DNA from: an uncultured Candidatus Saccharibacteria bacterium
GTDB lineage: Bacteria; Patescibacteriota; Minisyncoccia; Phycocordibacterales; CALRHW01
Direction: 5' to 3'
DNA: 64,000 nucleotides
NCBI GenBank assembly: GCA_964390845.1
Contig: CAYMIL010000001.1
Location: forward strand, 178,448 to 242,447
Shown here: one piece after another, positions 41,189 through 50,331 of the stretch
Numbering within the stretch: the stretch's first letter is position 1
Layout: each line of letters starts with the position of its first letter
The notes under the pieces: model-generated
What the model saw: the letters and a program-made list of their open reading frames with translations, nothing else
Told to the model about the DNA's origin: nothing
Databases searched by the model: none
Position numbers and translations under genes: made by a program

Positions 41189-42490
41189 CTATTGTGTATT
41201 ATTAAAAAGCACCTCAAGCTCGTCATGTGCACGATCAACGGCTTCGGCAGGCGTGCGACGACCACCAGTCACAGACTCAATCATTTCTTTAAAGACAGCG
41301 TTTGTCTGATCTCTGTCTGGTTGAAGCCATGCACGAGACTGAATTGCTGCGTCGTAGAACACAGACATATACGCTTCTGTCGGACGCTGTGTAAGCAAAT
41401 CTCGACGAACAGGAGGTAGCTGTATCGTGTTGCTGAGCTCCTGAAGTGCCTGACTGTTGACGAGCATGAGTGCCGCGCTAATCGCCGTGTCTTTGTGCTG
41501 AGATGCTTTTGGAATCGCCCACGCCATCATCCGGCCAAATGTCACTTTTTGTTTTGCTTCTGGAGACTGAGGCAACATTGCCACGTTGAAGTTGAGATTT
41601 GGGTTTTTGCTTTGAATATCTGCCACCTCAGACGCGTACCCCATATAGAGCGCCAGCTGTCCGGCGATAAAGTAATTTTTGGAGAGGGGCAACGATCTGT
41701 TCCATGAATAAAATGGTTTTAGTGGATTACTAAACTCTGTGTAATAAGAAAGTGCGACAGAGGCAGGCACGAGCGGCGCGCCGTTGTTGTCGTCGATTGT
41801 TGATTCAACCTGTGAGCCGGACCGGCGAGAAAGCACGCCCCCCGCCTGCATTGCGAGCGCGCCGAGAACATCCATCGCATTGGAAACATTGGTATATTCA
41901 CCAAGCGACACTACGCTCTGGCGCACGTTTCCACCCTCATCTTTTGTTGTTAGTTTCGGCGCTAGGTCATAGAGCTCACTCCAATATTTAGGAGGCAAGC
42001 TCAAGCCTGCATTTGAAAATATGGTTCTGTTCCAAAACATTACGAGCGGGTCGACAACAAACGGAATACCCATCACACCATCTGGCGCGAGATATAGCTC
42101 ACCCTCTTCAATAAACACGTCTTTGAAATCACGTTCTGAAAGCGACGCGTATGGGATAGGATACACTTTGCTCTGATACTTTACGATAAGGTCCTGTGGC
42201 AAAAAGAATAGATCTGGTGAACGGCCAGATGCGATTTCATTTACAAGGTCCGCCTCAAGCTGTTGTACTGTTTTAGGTACATACGTAATCTGTATGAGTT
42301 TGTTTTGATAGAGCGGTGAGTTTTCTACAAGCGTTGAAAACACCTCACTCGTAAAAGGACCCCACACTGTGAGCGTTACGGGGTTTTGCGTGTTTCCAAA
42401 ACGTCCAACAGCAAAAATCATGACGCCAATCAGAATACATGCACCAAAGATAACCATGAGCACCAACTGAAATTTACTAATTTCCTTCAT
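41189..42490 (-). CDS. Extracellular solute-binding protein (family 1, sugar-type), membrane anchored
   Basis: N-terminal TM; LTVWG, SPDLF, GIPFVVDPLVMFWN, F.AGQLA. Confidence 0.85.
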   Translation of the reverse strand: MKEISKFQLVLMVIFGACILIGVMIFAVGRFGNTQNPVTLTVWGPFTSEVFSTLVENSPLYQNKLIQITYVPKTVQQLEADLVNEIASGRSPDLFFLPQDLIVKYQSKVYPIPYASLSERDFKDVFIEEGELYLAPDGVMGIPFVVDPLVMFWNRTIFSNAGLSLPPKYWSELYDLAPKLTTKDEGGNVRQSVVSLGEYTNVSNAMDVLGALAMQAGGVLSRRSGSQVESTIDDNNGAPLVPASVALSYYTEFSNPLKPFYSWNRSLPLSKNYFIAGQLALYMGYASEVADIQSKNPNLNFNVAMLPQSPEAKQKVTFGRMMAWAIPKASQHKDTAISAALMLVNSQALQELSNTIQLPPVRRDLLTQRPTEAYMSVFYDAAIQSRAWLQPDRDQTNAVFKEMIESVTGGRRTPAEAVDRAHDELEVLFNNTQ

Positions 42491-42491
42491 G

Positions 42492-43016
42492 TTACTTTTT
42501 CTTAAAGATTATTCCGTAATGATGCTTGCCTGCGTCAAATGTTTTCTCGACGGCGAAACCCGCTTCAAACAACGCCTTGCATGCCGATGCGGTAACAATT
42601 GCTTTCGGCTCAGGGCCAAGGCCTCCAAAAGAATCCGTCCAGTCGACAACATAAACCTTTCCGCCAGGCTTAAGGATTCGAGACACTTCCTCACGAAACG
42701 TATCGCGATTGCCTATCTGAAAAAGAAGATTGGCAACAATCACACCATCGACGCATGCATCACGCAGTCGGGTACCTCCCACCTTTTCCGCATCGCCCCA
42801 AATAATTTCAATATTTCGCAGATGCTCTTTTTGCGCATCATTCGCAAGACGAGTAAGTGGCTCTTTTTGAATATCAATCGCGTATATCTTGCCATGTGGA
42901 CCAACAGCGCGCGCGGCAAGTTTTGCATAAAAACCAGGACCAGCGCCAATGTCGGCAAGTGTCATGCCCTGTATCAATGCGAAGTGCTCTATATTTTTTT
43001 CCGGACTAGAGAACAT
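42492..43016 (-). CDS. Class I SAM-dependent methyltransferase
   Basis: ADIGAGPG motif I, YAIDIQ, RILKPGGK. Confidence 0.9.
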   Translation of the reverse strand: MFSSPEKNIEHFALIQGMTLADIGAGPGFYAKLAARAVGPHGKIYAIDIQKEPLTRLANDAQKEHLRNIEIIWGDAEKVGGTRLRDACVDGVIVANLLFQIGNRDTFREEVSRILKPGGKVYVVDWTDSFGGLGPEPKAIVTASACKALFEAGFAVEKTFDAGKHHYGIIFKKK

Positions 43017-43032
43017 GTCTTTTCATTATACA

Positions 43033-43063
43033 CAAAAAAACCACACAAGTGGTGTGGTTTTTT
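43033..43063. terminator. Intrinsic terminator after gyrA
   Basis: AAAAAACCACAC..GTGTGGTTTTTT. Confidence 0.7.
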
Positions 43064-43066
43064 ATC

Positions 43067-45535
43067 CTACAAACAGATGAGTGAAGCAATTTTGTCCCCT
43101 TCTCGCAGTTTCATGATTCGTACACCCTGTGTCTGCCGGCCGAGCTCTGGAATTTCCTTGATATCAACACGGACAACCTGACTCTTTTGTGACATCGCTA
43201 CGACCTCCGTCTCTTCTTCTGTAACAACTTGTGAGCAGATAATGTCGCCTGTTTTTGGAGTTACTTTTGCGGTCTTGATACCACTTCCTCCACGGTTCTG
43301 AATCTTGTATTCATCAATACCTGTCTTTTTTCCGTAGCCGTTTGCAGAAATGACGAGAAGCTCTGGTTTCTTCCATTCTTTTTTCACAACCTGCGCGGCG
43401 ATAACCTTGTCTCCCTTGGAAAGCTTGATAGCGCGAACACCAGCGGCATTGCGACCCATTTCACGGATATCAGATTCCTTGAAATGTATCGACTGACCCT
43501 TTGCCGTTGCAACAACAACACTGTCGCCTTTGTTTACAAACGAAACCGACACAAGCTTGTCTCCATTGTCGAGAGAGATCGCGATAAGACCACTGCGACG
43601 CACTTCATGAAAATGCTCTGCTTTCACCTTTTTCGCTGTTCCTTGTTCGGTAATCATAAAGAGTGAGAGCTCTGCCGCCGCCTTTGTTTCCTTTGGCATC
43701 GCAAGAAGCGATGTTGTGCGCTCATCATCGCCGAGTGAGATAAAATTGACGAGAGATTTTCCCTTTGTCGCGCGCTTACCTTCAGGCAAATCATACATCT
43801 TTATCTGGTACGCCTTTCCTTTATCAGAGAAAAAGAGCATGTCGCTGTGTGTGCTTGCTGTTACGAGCATTGATACGAAATCTTCTTCTTTTGTGTCGAG
43901 GTCGATAACACCAACGCCGCCACGCTTCTGCTTTCGATACTCATCCGGGCTTGTACGCTTCACATAACCGCCCGCAGTAAGCACCAACGCATTTTCTTCA
44001 TCAGGAATAAGATCTTCGACAGAGATTGCTTTCACGCCACCCTTAATCACCGTTGTGCGGCGCTCATCACCATACTTTTCAACAATCTCCTTGAGCTCTG
44101 TCTTGATAATATCCAAAATCATTTTTGGCTTCGACAATATCTCTTTGAGTTTTTTGATAAGCTCCTGAACACTCTTGAGTTCGTCTTCAATCTTCTTTCG
44201 CTCAAGACCCGCGAGCTTCTGGAGTTTCATTTCCAAAATTGCAGTTGCCTGAATGTCTGAGAACTTAAATTCTTTTTTGAGTTCAGCGTGCGCCGTTTCT
44301 ACGTCTTTTGCGGCACGAATCAACTTGATGATTTTGTCGATATGGTCGAGCGCTTTTTTGAGACCAAGCAAAATATGCTCGCGCTCAAGTGCCTTTTTAA
44401 GATCAAACTCTGTGCGACGACGCACGACAGTTTGTCGATGCGAGATAAACTCACCGAGAAACGACTTGAGTGGGAGTGTTTGTGGCACACCGTCGACGAG
44501 CGCGACAAGATTAAAATGAAAAACGTCTTCAAGCTGAGTATGTTTGTAGAGCGAATTGAGCACTTTCTGTGGATGCGTACCGCCCTTGAGGTCGATAACA
44601 ATGCGAATATCTTTTGCAGATTCATCGCGCATACCCTTAATGCCCTCAATTTTCTTTTCACGGACAAGATCAGCAATTTTTACAATCAAATCCTCTTTGA
44701 TAACACGATATGGGATTGAGGTAATCACAATCTGAAATGTCCCCGCTTTTGTTTCAACAATTTCGGCAACACCTCGCGCGACAACGCCTCCACGACCAGT
44801 CGCGTACGCATGGTGAATGTCTTTTTTATTATAAATAATGCCTCCAAGTGGAAAATCCGGACCCTGCACAAACTCAAGCAAGTCTTCTGTGGTCGCGTCT
44901 TTGTTGTCTATCAAATGAATTGTCGCATCCACAACCTCTCGAAGATTGTGCGGAGGAATGTTGGTTGCCATACCCACAGCAATACCGAGCGTACCATTGA
45001 GAAGTAGGTTTGGCACCGCCGCAGGAAGCACAACAGGCTCCTTTTTTGTGCCGTCATAGTTTGGACGAAAATCTACCGTGTCTTTGTCGATATCTCGAAG
45101 CATTTCTCCAGCAATGCGTGACATTTTTGCTTCAGTGTATCGGTATGCCGCCGCGCCATCGCCGTCGACAGATCCGAAATTTCCCTGACCGATAATGAGC
45201 GGATAACGGAAGCTGAAATCTTGTGCCATTTTTACCATGGCATCGTACACAGCAACGTCGCCGTGTGGGTGATAACTTCCGATCACGTCTCCCACCACGG
45301 TCGCCGACTTTCGAGTTTTCGCAGAAGCAGTCAAACCCTTTTCTCCCATAGAAAAAAGAATGCGGCGATGTACAGGCTTGAGACCATCACGAATATCTGG
45401 GAGTGCACGCGATGTAATAACGGACATCGCGTAGTCCAAATACGAATCCTTCATTTCTGCCGTAATTTCACGCGGCAAAACAACGCCCCCTGAGGCGTCT
45501 TCTGTTACATCTACTCGTTCATCCTTTTTGGCCAT
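43067..45535 (-). CDS. gyrA: DNA gyrase subunit A
   Basis: [22 protein letters not shown], GyrA-box QKRGGVG. Confidence 0.97.
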   Translation of the reverse strand: MAKKDERVDVTEDASGGVVLPREITAEMKDSYLDYAMSVITSRALPDIRDGLKPVHRRILFSMGEKGLTASAKTRKSATVVGDVIGSYHPHGDVAVYDAMVKMAQDFSFRYPLIIGQGNFGSVDGDGAAAYRYTEAKMSRIAGEMLRDIDKDTVDFRPNYDGTKKEPVVLPAAVPNLLLNGTLGIAVGMATNIPPHNLREVVDATIHLIDNKDATTEDLLEFVQGPDFPLGGIIYNKKDIHHAYATGRGGVVARGVAEIVETKAGTFQIVITSIPYRVIKEDLIVKIADLVREKKIEGIKGMRDESAKDIRIVIDLKGGTHPQKVLNSLYKHTQLEDVFHFNLVALVDGVPQTLPLKSFLGEFISHRQTVVRRRTEFDLKKALEREHILLGLKKALDHIDKIIKLIRAAKDVETAHAELKKEFKFSDIQATAILEMKLQKLAGLERKKIEDELKSVQELIKKLKEILSKPKMILDIIKTELKEIVEKYGDERRTTVIKGGVKAISVEDLIPDEENALVLTAGGYVKRTSPDEYRKQKRGGVGVIDLDTKEEDFVSMLVTASTHSDMLFFSDKGKAYQIKMYDLPEGKRATKGKSLVNFISLGDDERTTSLLAMPKETKAAAELSLFMITEQGTAKKVKAEHFHEVRRSGLIAISLDNGDKLVSVSFVNKGDSVVVATAKGQSIHFKESDIREMGRNAAGVRAIKLSKGDKVIAAQVVKKEWKKPELLVISANGYGKKTGIDEYKIQNRGGSGIKTAKVTPKTGDIICSQVVTEEETEVVAMSQKSQVVRVDIKEIPELGRQTQGVRIMKLREGDKIASLICL

Positions 45536-45592
45536 ATATAGCGGTATTATAGCACGAAACCGGTCCTTTCGGAAGCTAGTATTTCTGCCTTT

Positions 45593-45898
45593 TTATTGTG
45601 TATATGTATGCACAAAATCAGCTTTGTACTCGACATTCTGCGAGTCATGAATCTTTTGTGTCACATTCTTAATATTGCCCGTAAGACTAGACAGCACGTT
45701 TGCAATACTGACGCGCGCTGATGAGATCGGATCGAGCAAGTGTCGCTGTGCTGTCTTTGCCTCACCCGACACACCGGGTGCGCGGACAGACATCCATACC
45801 ACAAACACAACAAGTGTCAGCGCAAACGCCGTGGCAAACGCATACGCATGTCGTTGTTGCTCAGAAGATTGTCGCACTTTTTCAATAATGCGTCGCAT
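45593..45898 (-). CDS. Small single-TM hypothetical protein
   Basis: ORF closely following the MBL gene; one hydrophobic helix. Confidence 0.6.
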   Translation of the reverse strand: MRRIIEKVRQSSEQQRHAYAFATAFALTLVVFVVWMSVRAPGVSGEAKTAQRHLLDPISSARVSIANVLSSLTGNIKNVTQKIHDSQNVEYKADFVHTYTQ

Positions 45899-45903
45899 AG
45901 TTT

Positions 45904-46539
45904 TTACAATGTTGGCTCGAGGACAACAACATCGCCCTCTTTACCTTCAAGATCTTTCTTCTTAATGGTTAATTTGTCGACGGGCTTCACAGACTCCTCG
46001 CCTCCTTCTTTGAGAAAAGTCTTAAGTGCATTTTTATCGCCAATATCACCATAATGCATCGGGATGATGAGCTTTGGCTCAAGTGATGCCGCAAGTTTGT
46101 ATGCCTGAGACGGATCGAGCACACCCTCTCCACCAATCGGCACAAAAAGAATATCTACTTCATCTATCTCCTCAAGCATGTCGCTTGGAAGTGGGCCGTT
46201 GAGTGCACCGAGGAAACACAGGTTGATACCCTCAAGGAGCACTGTATAGATAGTGTTGAGACGAGGTGCTCCAGCATAGTGTGATTCTGACTGAAAACCC
46301 TTGATGAAAACCTCTTTTATCTCATACTCGCCTGGGCCGGAAATGACGAAGGGCATTCTATCGCCCCGAGACGCCATGTCTGCGCCGTTGAAATCTGGAT
46401 GGTTGGTCGAGACAAGGGCAATATCTGCTCCGTATTTAATAGATTTAAACTTCGAATCTTTCGATACAGGGTTGTAGGCAATAATAATATCGCCAAACTG
46501 AACTTTGAATGATTCGACTCCTTGGTATGAAATAATCAT
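45904..46539 (-). CDS. MBL-fold metallo-hydrolase-like protein
   Basis: STNHPDF, GPGEYEI, DILFVPIGG, IIPMHY. Confidence 0.85.
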   Translation of the reverse strand: MIISYQGVESFKVQFGDIIIAYNPVSKDSKFKSIKYGADIALVSTNHPDFNGADMASRGDRMPFVISGPGEYEIKEVFIKGFQSESHYAGAPRLNTIYTVLLEGINLCFLGALNGPLPSDMLEEIDEVDILFVPIGGEGVLDPSQAYKLAASLEPKLIIPMHYGDIGDKNALKTFLKEGGEESVKPVDKLTIKKKDLEGKEGDVVVLEPTL

Positions 46540-46725
46540 GAGTCCATTATATGGAATTTTCATAAAAAAGAAACCGCCCCTTACAGCATAGACAAAACGC
46601 CATTTCCATGTATAATTCCCCCTACGCCTGATTCCTCCGTTTTGTAGGGATTTTATGTGAGAAAAGGCAACAGTGTAGCGCTTCGGCTCACACGTAGCGC
46701 ATATTATTAATTAAGCAGTATTGTA

Positions 46726-47886
46726 ATGAGTATTAAAGAAAAAATTGTAAAAGCGGCAAAGTCGGTCGTGGAAGAAATTGCAGGCACCGACAACCATGAG
46801 GAGTCTGCGGAATCAAAGGCAAAAAAGGATTCTGTCATGACAGACATCCTCACTAAGACAGACACCCCTCCTTCTCCCGGAGATCTCGTCGAGGGACCTG
46901 TCATTGGTATTGAAAAGAACGCGGTTTATGTAAACATCGCGCCATTCGGCACTGGTATCATTTTCGGAAAAGAGTTTATCAGCGCGCGAGACGTTATTAA
47001 GAAAATCAACATTGGCGACAATGTTGCCGGAAAAGTTGTCACTCTCGACAATAAGGACGGCTATATTGAAATCTCTCTCAAAGAAGCACGCCAGGCGCTC
47101 ATCTGGGGCGAAGCAGAAGCGGCTATTGCAGAGAAGACTATTTACGAAATTCCTGTACAGGACGCAAACAAAGGTGGTCTTATCCTCGTATGGCAAGGTA
47201 TCACTGGATTCCTTCCAGCATCTCAGCTTAAAACTGAGCACTACCCTCGCGTAGCGGATGGCGACAAAGACAAGATTCTCGAAGAGCTCAAAAAGCTCAT
47301 CGGTCAGAAAATTGCAGTATCTATCATCGGCGCAATTCCAAAAGAAGGAAAACTTATCTTCTCTGAAAAGAGTCCCGAACTCAAAAACAAAGAGAAAATT
47401 ATCGGCAAGTATACTGTCGGTGATGAAGTAAACGGTGAAGTTACGGGCGTTGTAGACTTCGGCGTATTTATGAAACTCGAAGAAGGTCTCGAGGGTCTCG
47501 TACACATTTCAGAGATCGACTGGACACTCGTCGAAAACCCTAAGCTCATGTTTAAGGTTGGCGATAAGGTTCGTGTAAAGATTATTGAAATCAAAGACGG
47601 AAAGATTTCTCTTTCTATCAAGGCACTCAAAACAAACCCTTGGAAAGAAGCGGAGAAGAAATACAAGAAAGATGACGTAGTGCAGGGTGTCATCATCAAG
47701 TTCAATAAGCATGGCGCGCTCGCATCGATCGAAGAAGGCATCGCGGGCCTCGTGCACATCTCAGAGTTTGGAAGTGAGGCAAAGCTTCGAGAAAAACTTT
47801 CTCTTGGCAAAAGCTACACCTTCAAAATCACACTCTTTGATGCGAAGGACCAGAAAATGGCACTCTCATTTATCGGAGAAAAATAG
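46726..47886 (+). CDS. rpsA: 30S ribosomal protein S1 (short form)
   Basis: Repeated S1 domains (GFLPASQL, FGVFM..GLVHISEI, GLVHISEF). Confidence 0.9.
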   Translation: MSIKEKIVKAAKSVVEEIAGTDNHEESAESKAKKDSVMTDILTKTDTPPSPGDLVEGPVIGIEKNAVYVNIAPFGTGIIFGKEFISARDVIKKINIGDNVAGKVVTLDNKDGYIEISLKEARQALIWGEAEAAIAEKTIYEIPVQDANKGGLILVWQGITGFLPASQLKTEHYPRVADGDKDKILEELKKLIGQKIAVSIIGAIPKEGKLIFSEKSPELKNKEKIIGKYTVGDEVNGEVTGVVDFGVFMKLEEGLEGLVHISEIDWTLVENPKLMFKVGDKVRVKIIEIKDGKISLSIKALKTNPWKEAEKKYKKDDVVQGVIIKFNKHGALASIEEGIAGLVHISEFGSEAKLREKLSLGKSYTFKITLFDAKDQKMALSFIGEK

Positions 47887-47912
47887 TTTCGCAGAAAATT
47901 AAAGGACGAAAA

Positions 47913-47940
47913 AAAACGCTGGTCGCAAGACCAGCGTTTT
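47913..47940. terminator. Bidirectional terminator between rpsA and the orphan
   Basis: AAAACGCTGGTC-GCAA-GACCAGCGTTTT. Confidence 0.8.
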
Positions 47941-47946
47941 CGGTTG

Positions 47947-48507
47947 TCACGCGTGCGCGTGAGTACGGGCGTATTTACGCACCACTTCTTCAGTCACACC
48001 CGTCTTCTCTGCAATCACAGGCACATCATCGTCCCACGAAGGACTCATGCCACGATGCCTGCTCAGAAACTGCCCGATTCTGTTGAAATCGGCCTCTTGA
48101 CTGAACCTCTTTGCCTGCGCAGCCGTCGGCGGCTTACGAATGTGTGGCGCATTCTTGACCCTGATACTGTAGCTGCGCACACCAGAGATGTTCGACGTGA
48201 GAACAATTTCAAGCTTGGGAAAGGGCTTGATGATTTCACCGAGCATACCACTGATGCGTTGCAGTTCCTCCTGATTGAGACGAACGTATCGATCTGGCTC
48301 AATTTCCATCTTTCGACGCTTGTCGGTATGCGGAATCCAGACATCAATCACGCTCCAGCCAAAACCATAGCGGGAGATCACGTTCATTCCGATAGTCCCC
48401 CTGTAGCGCTCTGCGACCTCCTCAATCTTCTGTTGAAGCTGCCGATTGCAAGCCTTAAGAACAGGTCTTACTTTCTCCCAATCAACATAGACCTTTTGAA
48501 ACGTCAT
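47947..48507 (-). CDS. Orphan basic hypothetical protein, possible C-terminal HTH
   Basis: SD AAGGAGG; TTGACA-17-CATTAT promoter; ..IAEKTGVTEEVVRKY HTH-like end. Confidence 0.7.
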   Translation of the reverse strand: MTFQKVYVDWEKVRPVLKACNRQLQQKIEEVAERYRGTIGMNVISRYGFGWSVIDVWIPHTDKRRKMEIEPDRYVRLNQEELQRISGMLGEIIKPFPKLEIVLTSNISGVRSYSIRVKNAPHIRKPPTAAQAKRFSQEADFNRIGQFLSRHRGMSPSWDDDVPVIAEKTGVTEEVVRKYARTHAHA

Positions 48508-48634
48508 GTGCTTCCTCCTTTTGTAAATAGACGTGATGTTCGAAACGTGCCTTAGGCACACATGTGCAATGTACGACGATTTTTATAATGGCATTATAAA
48601 AATAATTTGTCAAATCTCCATCTCGCCCACCCCA

Positions 48635-48660
48635 ACAAAAGCCCCGCGAGGGGCTTTTGT
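48635..48660. terminator. Hairpin/terminator between the divergent orphan promoter and the candidate ncRNA
   Basis: ACAAAAGCCCC-GCGA-GGGGCTTTTGT. Confidence 0.65.
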
Positions 48661-48689
48661 GTTTGGAGAGATAGCGATATACTTTCACA

Positions 48690-49015
48690 TAGAACGACTT
48701 CCGATGGGTCATGTGATTGATGTGGGAATTGGATACCCCCACTGGTAGCCGCGAGATATGCGGGATACTACGAGTCGGATTGAGCACTCCTGCGTGTGCT
48801 TCGGGATGGACCCCCGATGGCAAGGACCACCCAGTGTCTCAGGTCACATGTACAAAAAGGCATCCCGTGTGGTTGGGTGCATACCCATCGCAAGAACAAG
48901 CTGATAGGGTTGAAGCGAAAAACCACCCTGCAGTACAACCTGCCGCGACCGGAATGCGATAACCGGGACAATAGTACTGAGCGCGCCGTAGTCCGAGACG
49001 GCGCGCTCTTATTTT
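48690..49015 (+). ncRNA. Candidate structured non-coding RNA (unassigned)
   Basis: -10 TATACT at 48678; multiple nested long-range stems; 11-bp terminator stem + T-tract. Confidence 0.5.
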
Positions 49016-49636
49016 TTATTTTCCATTAAACTCCCCCATTGCTGTTTCGCGCGCCATTCGAATACCTTTCGCAGAAGAACCACCAGACACAAGCACCTCC
49101 ACAGCACTCACTGCCTGCCGAGTAACCTTCTGTAGCTCTTTCATCTCTGCGTCACGAAATACACCGAGAATAAAATCTTGCACCGCAACGTCACCTGATG
49201 GTTTTTTCATTTTCCCTGTTGGCGTTTTTGGAGAAATACCCACACGAATACGGGTAAATGCCTCTGTCTTAAGCGAACGAATAATAGACTCAACACCGCG
49301 ATGTCCGCCCGAACTTCGATTGAAAGAAATTTTCATCGCACCAAGTGGCAAATCGAGATCATCGTAGACAACAATAAGCTGTTCTGCTTTCTTTTCATCG
49401 GTCACCAGCGGCGCAACACTTTGTCCTGATTTGTTCATAAATGTCTCAGGCATGACGAGCTTTATCTTTTTTCCTGAAAGCTCCCCAGAAGAAACAAGCG
49501 CGTTGAGCACACCATCTTTTTTCCACGGAGAAAAATCACCTGCACGATGCACCGCAGACAAGACAATGCGCCCGACATTATGCCGAGTCTGTTCGTAGTC
49601 TGCCCCAGGATTGCCGAGTCCAACAAGAATATACAT
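49016..49636 (-). CDS. pth: Peptidyl-tRNA hydrolase
   Basis: GLGNPG..TRHNVG, TFMNKSG, DDLDL, GGHRG. Confidence 0.96.
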   Translation of the reverse strand: MYILVGLGNPGADYEQTRHNVGRIVLSAVHRAGDFSPWKKDGVLNALVSSGELSGKKIKLVMPETFMNKSGQSVAPLVTDEKKAEQLIVVYDDLDLPLGAMKISFNRSSGGHRGVESIIRSLKTEAFTRIRVGISPKTPTGKMKKPSGDVAVQDFILGVFRDAEMKELQKVTRQAVSAVEVLVSGGSSAKGIRMARETAMGEFNGK

Positions 49637-49725
49637 GGTGATTATCTTTACTATGTGTGTGGAATATTGTACCACGATACGCCTCTATTGTGCCGGAATG
49701 ATATTTGCAGTAAAATTTCTCCATC

Positions 49726-50331
49726 ATGACTGAGCAAGAATCTCCACAGATACAACAACCTGCTCAACAGCAAAAAAAGTCCGGCGGTTTTTTTTGGGAA
49801 ATCGTGAAGTTTACGATTTTCGCCGCAATTATTGTCTTCCCTATACGTTTTTTTATTGCTCAACCATTCGTCGTTAGTGGCGCATCAATGGACCCCACAT
49901 TTAAAAACGGTGAATACCTGATTGTCGATCAAATTTCATATAAAATTGAAGCGCCACATCGCGAGGACGTTATCGTGTTCAGGTATCCAAACGACAAAAC
50001 AAAGTTTTTCATCAAGCGCATTATTGGATTGCCAGGAGAAACTGTTGAAATCCGCGGGGGCACGGTACACATTAAAAACCCTGCGCATCCCGACGGCGAA
50101 GTGCTGGTAGAAAACTACATCGCTCCAGAACACCAGAAGCAAGACACCGTCACCATGACCCTCAAAGACAACGAATATTTTGTTATGGGCGACAACCGAA
50201 GTGGAAGCTCTGATTCGCGCATGTGGGGTCCGGTGGGTACCGACCTCATCATGGGTCGACCATTTGTACGACTCCTTCCGTTAAGCCGCATCGACCTCTT
50301 CCCTGGCACCGACAGAAATGATCAACAATAA
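49726..50331 (+). CDS. lepB: Signal peptidase I
   Basis: SGASMDPT, FIKRIIGLPG, GDNR..SSDSR. Confidence 0.96.
   Translation: MTEQESPQIQQPAQQQKKSGGFFWEIVKFTIFAAIIVFPIRFFIAQPFVVSGASMDPTFKNGEYLIVDQISYKIEAPHREDVIVFRYPNDKTKFFIKRIIGLPGETVEIRGGTVHIKNPAHPDGEVLVENYIAPEHQKQDTVTMTLKDNEYFVMGDNRSGSSDSRMWGPVGTDLIMGRPFVRLLPLSRIDLFPGTDRNDQQ

Noticed and set aside
48717-49029. Small ORFs (81, 77 and 67 aa) in the structured intergenic region
   Set aside because: No SD and no motifs; extensive base-pairing favours an RNA, although coding is not excluded.
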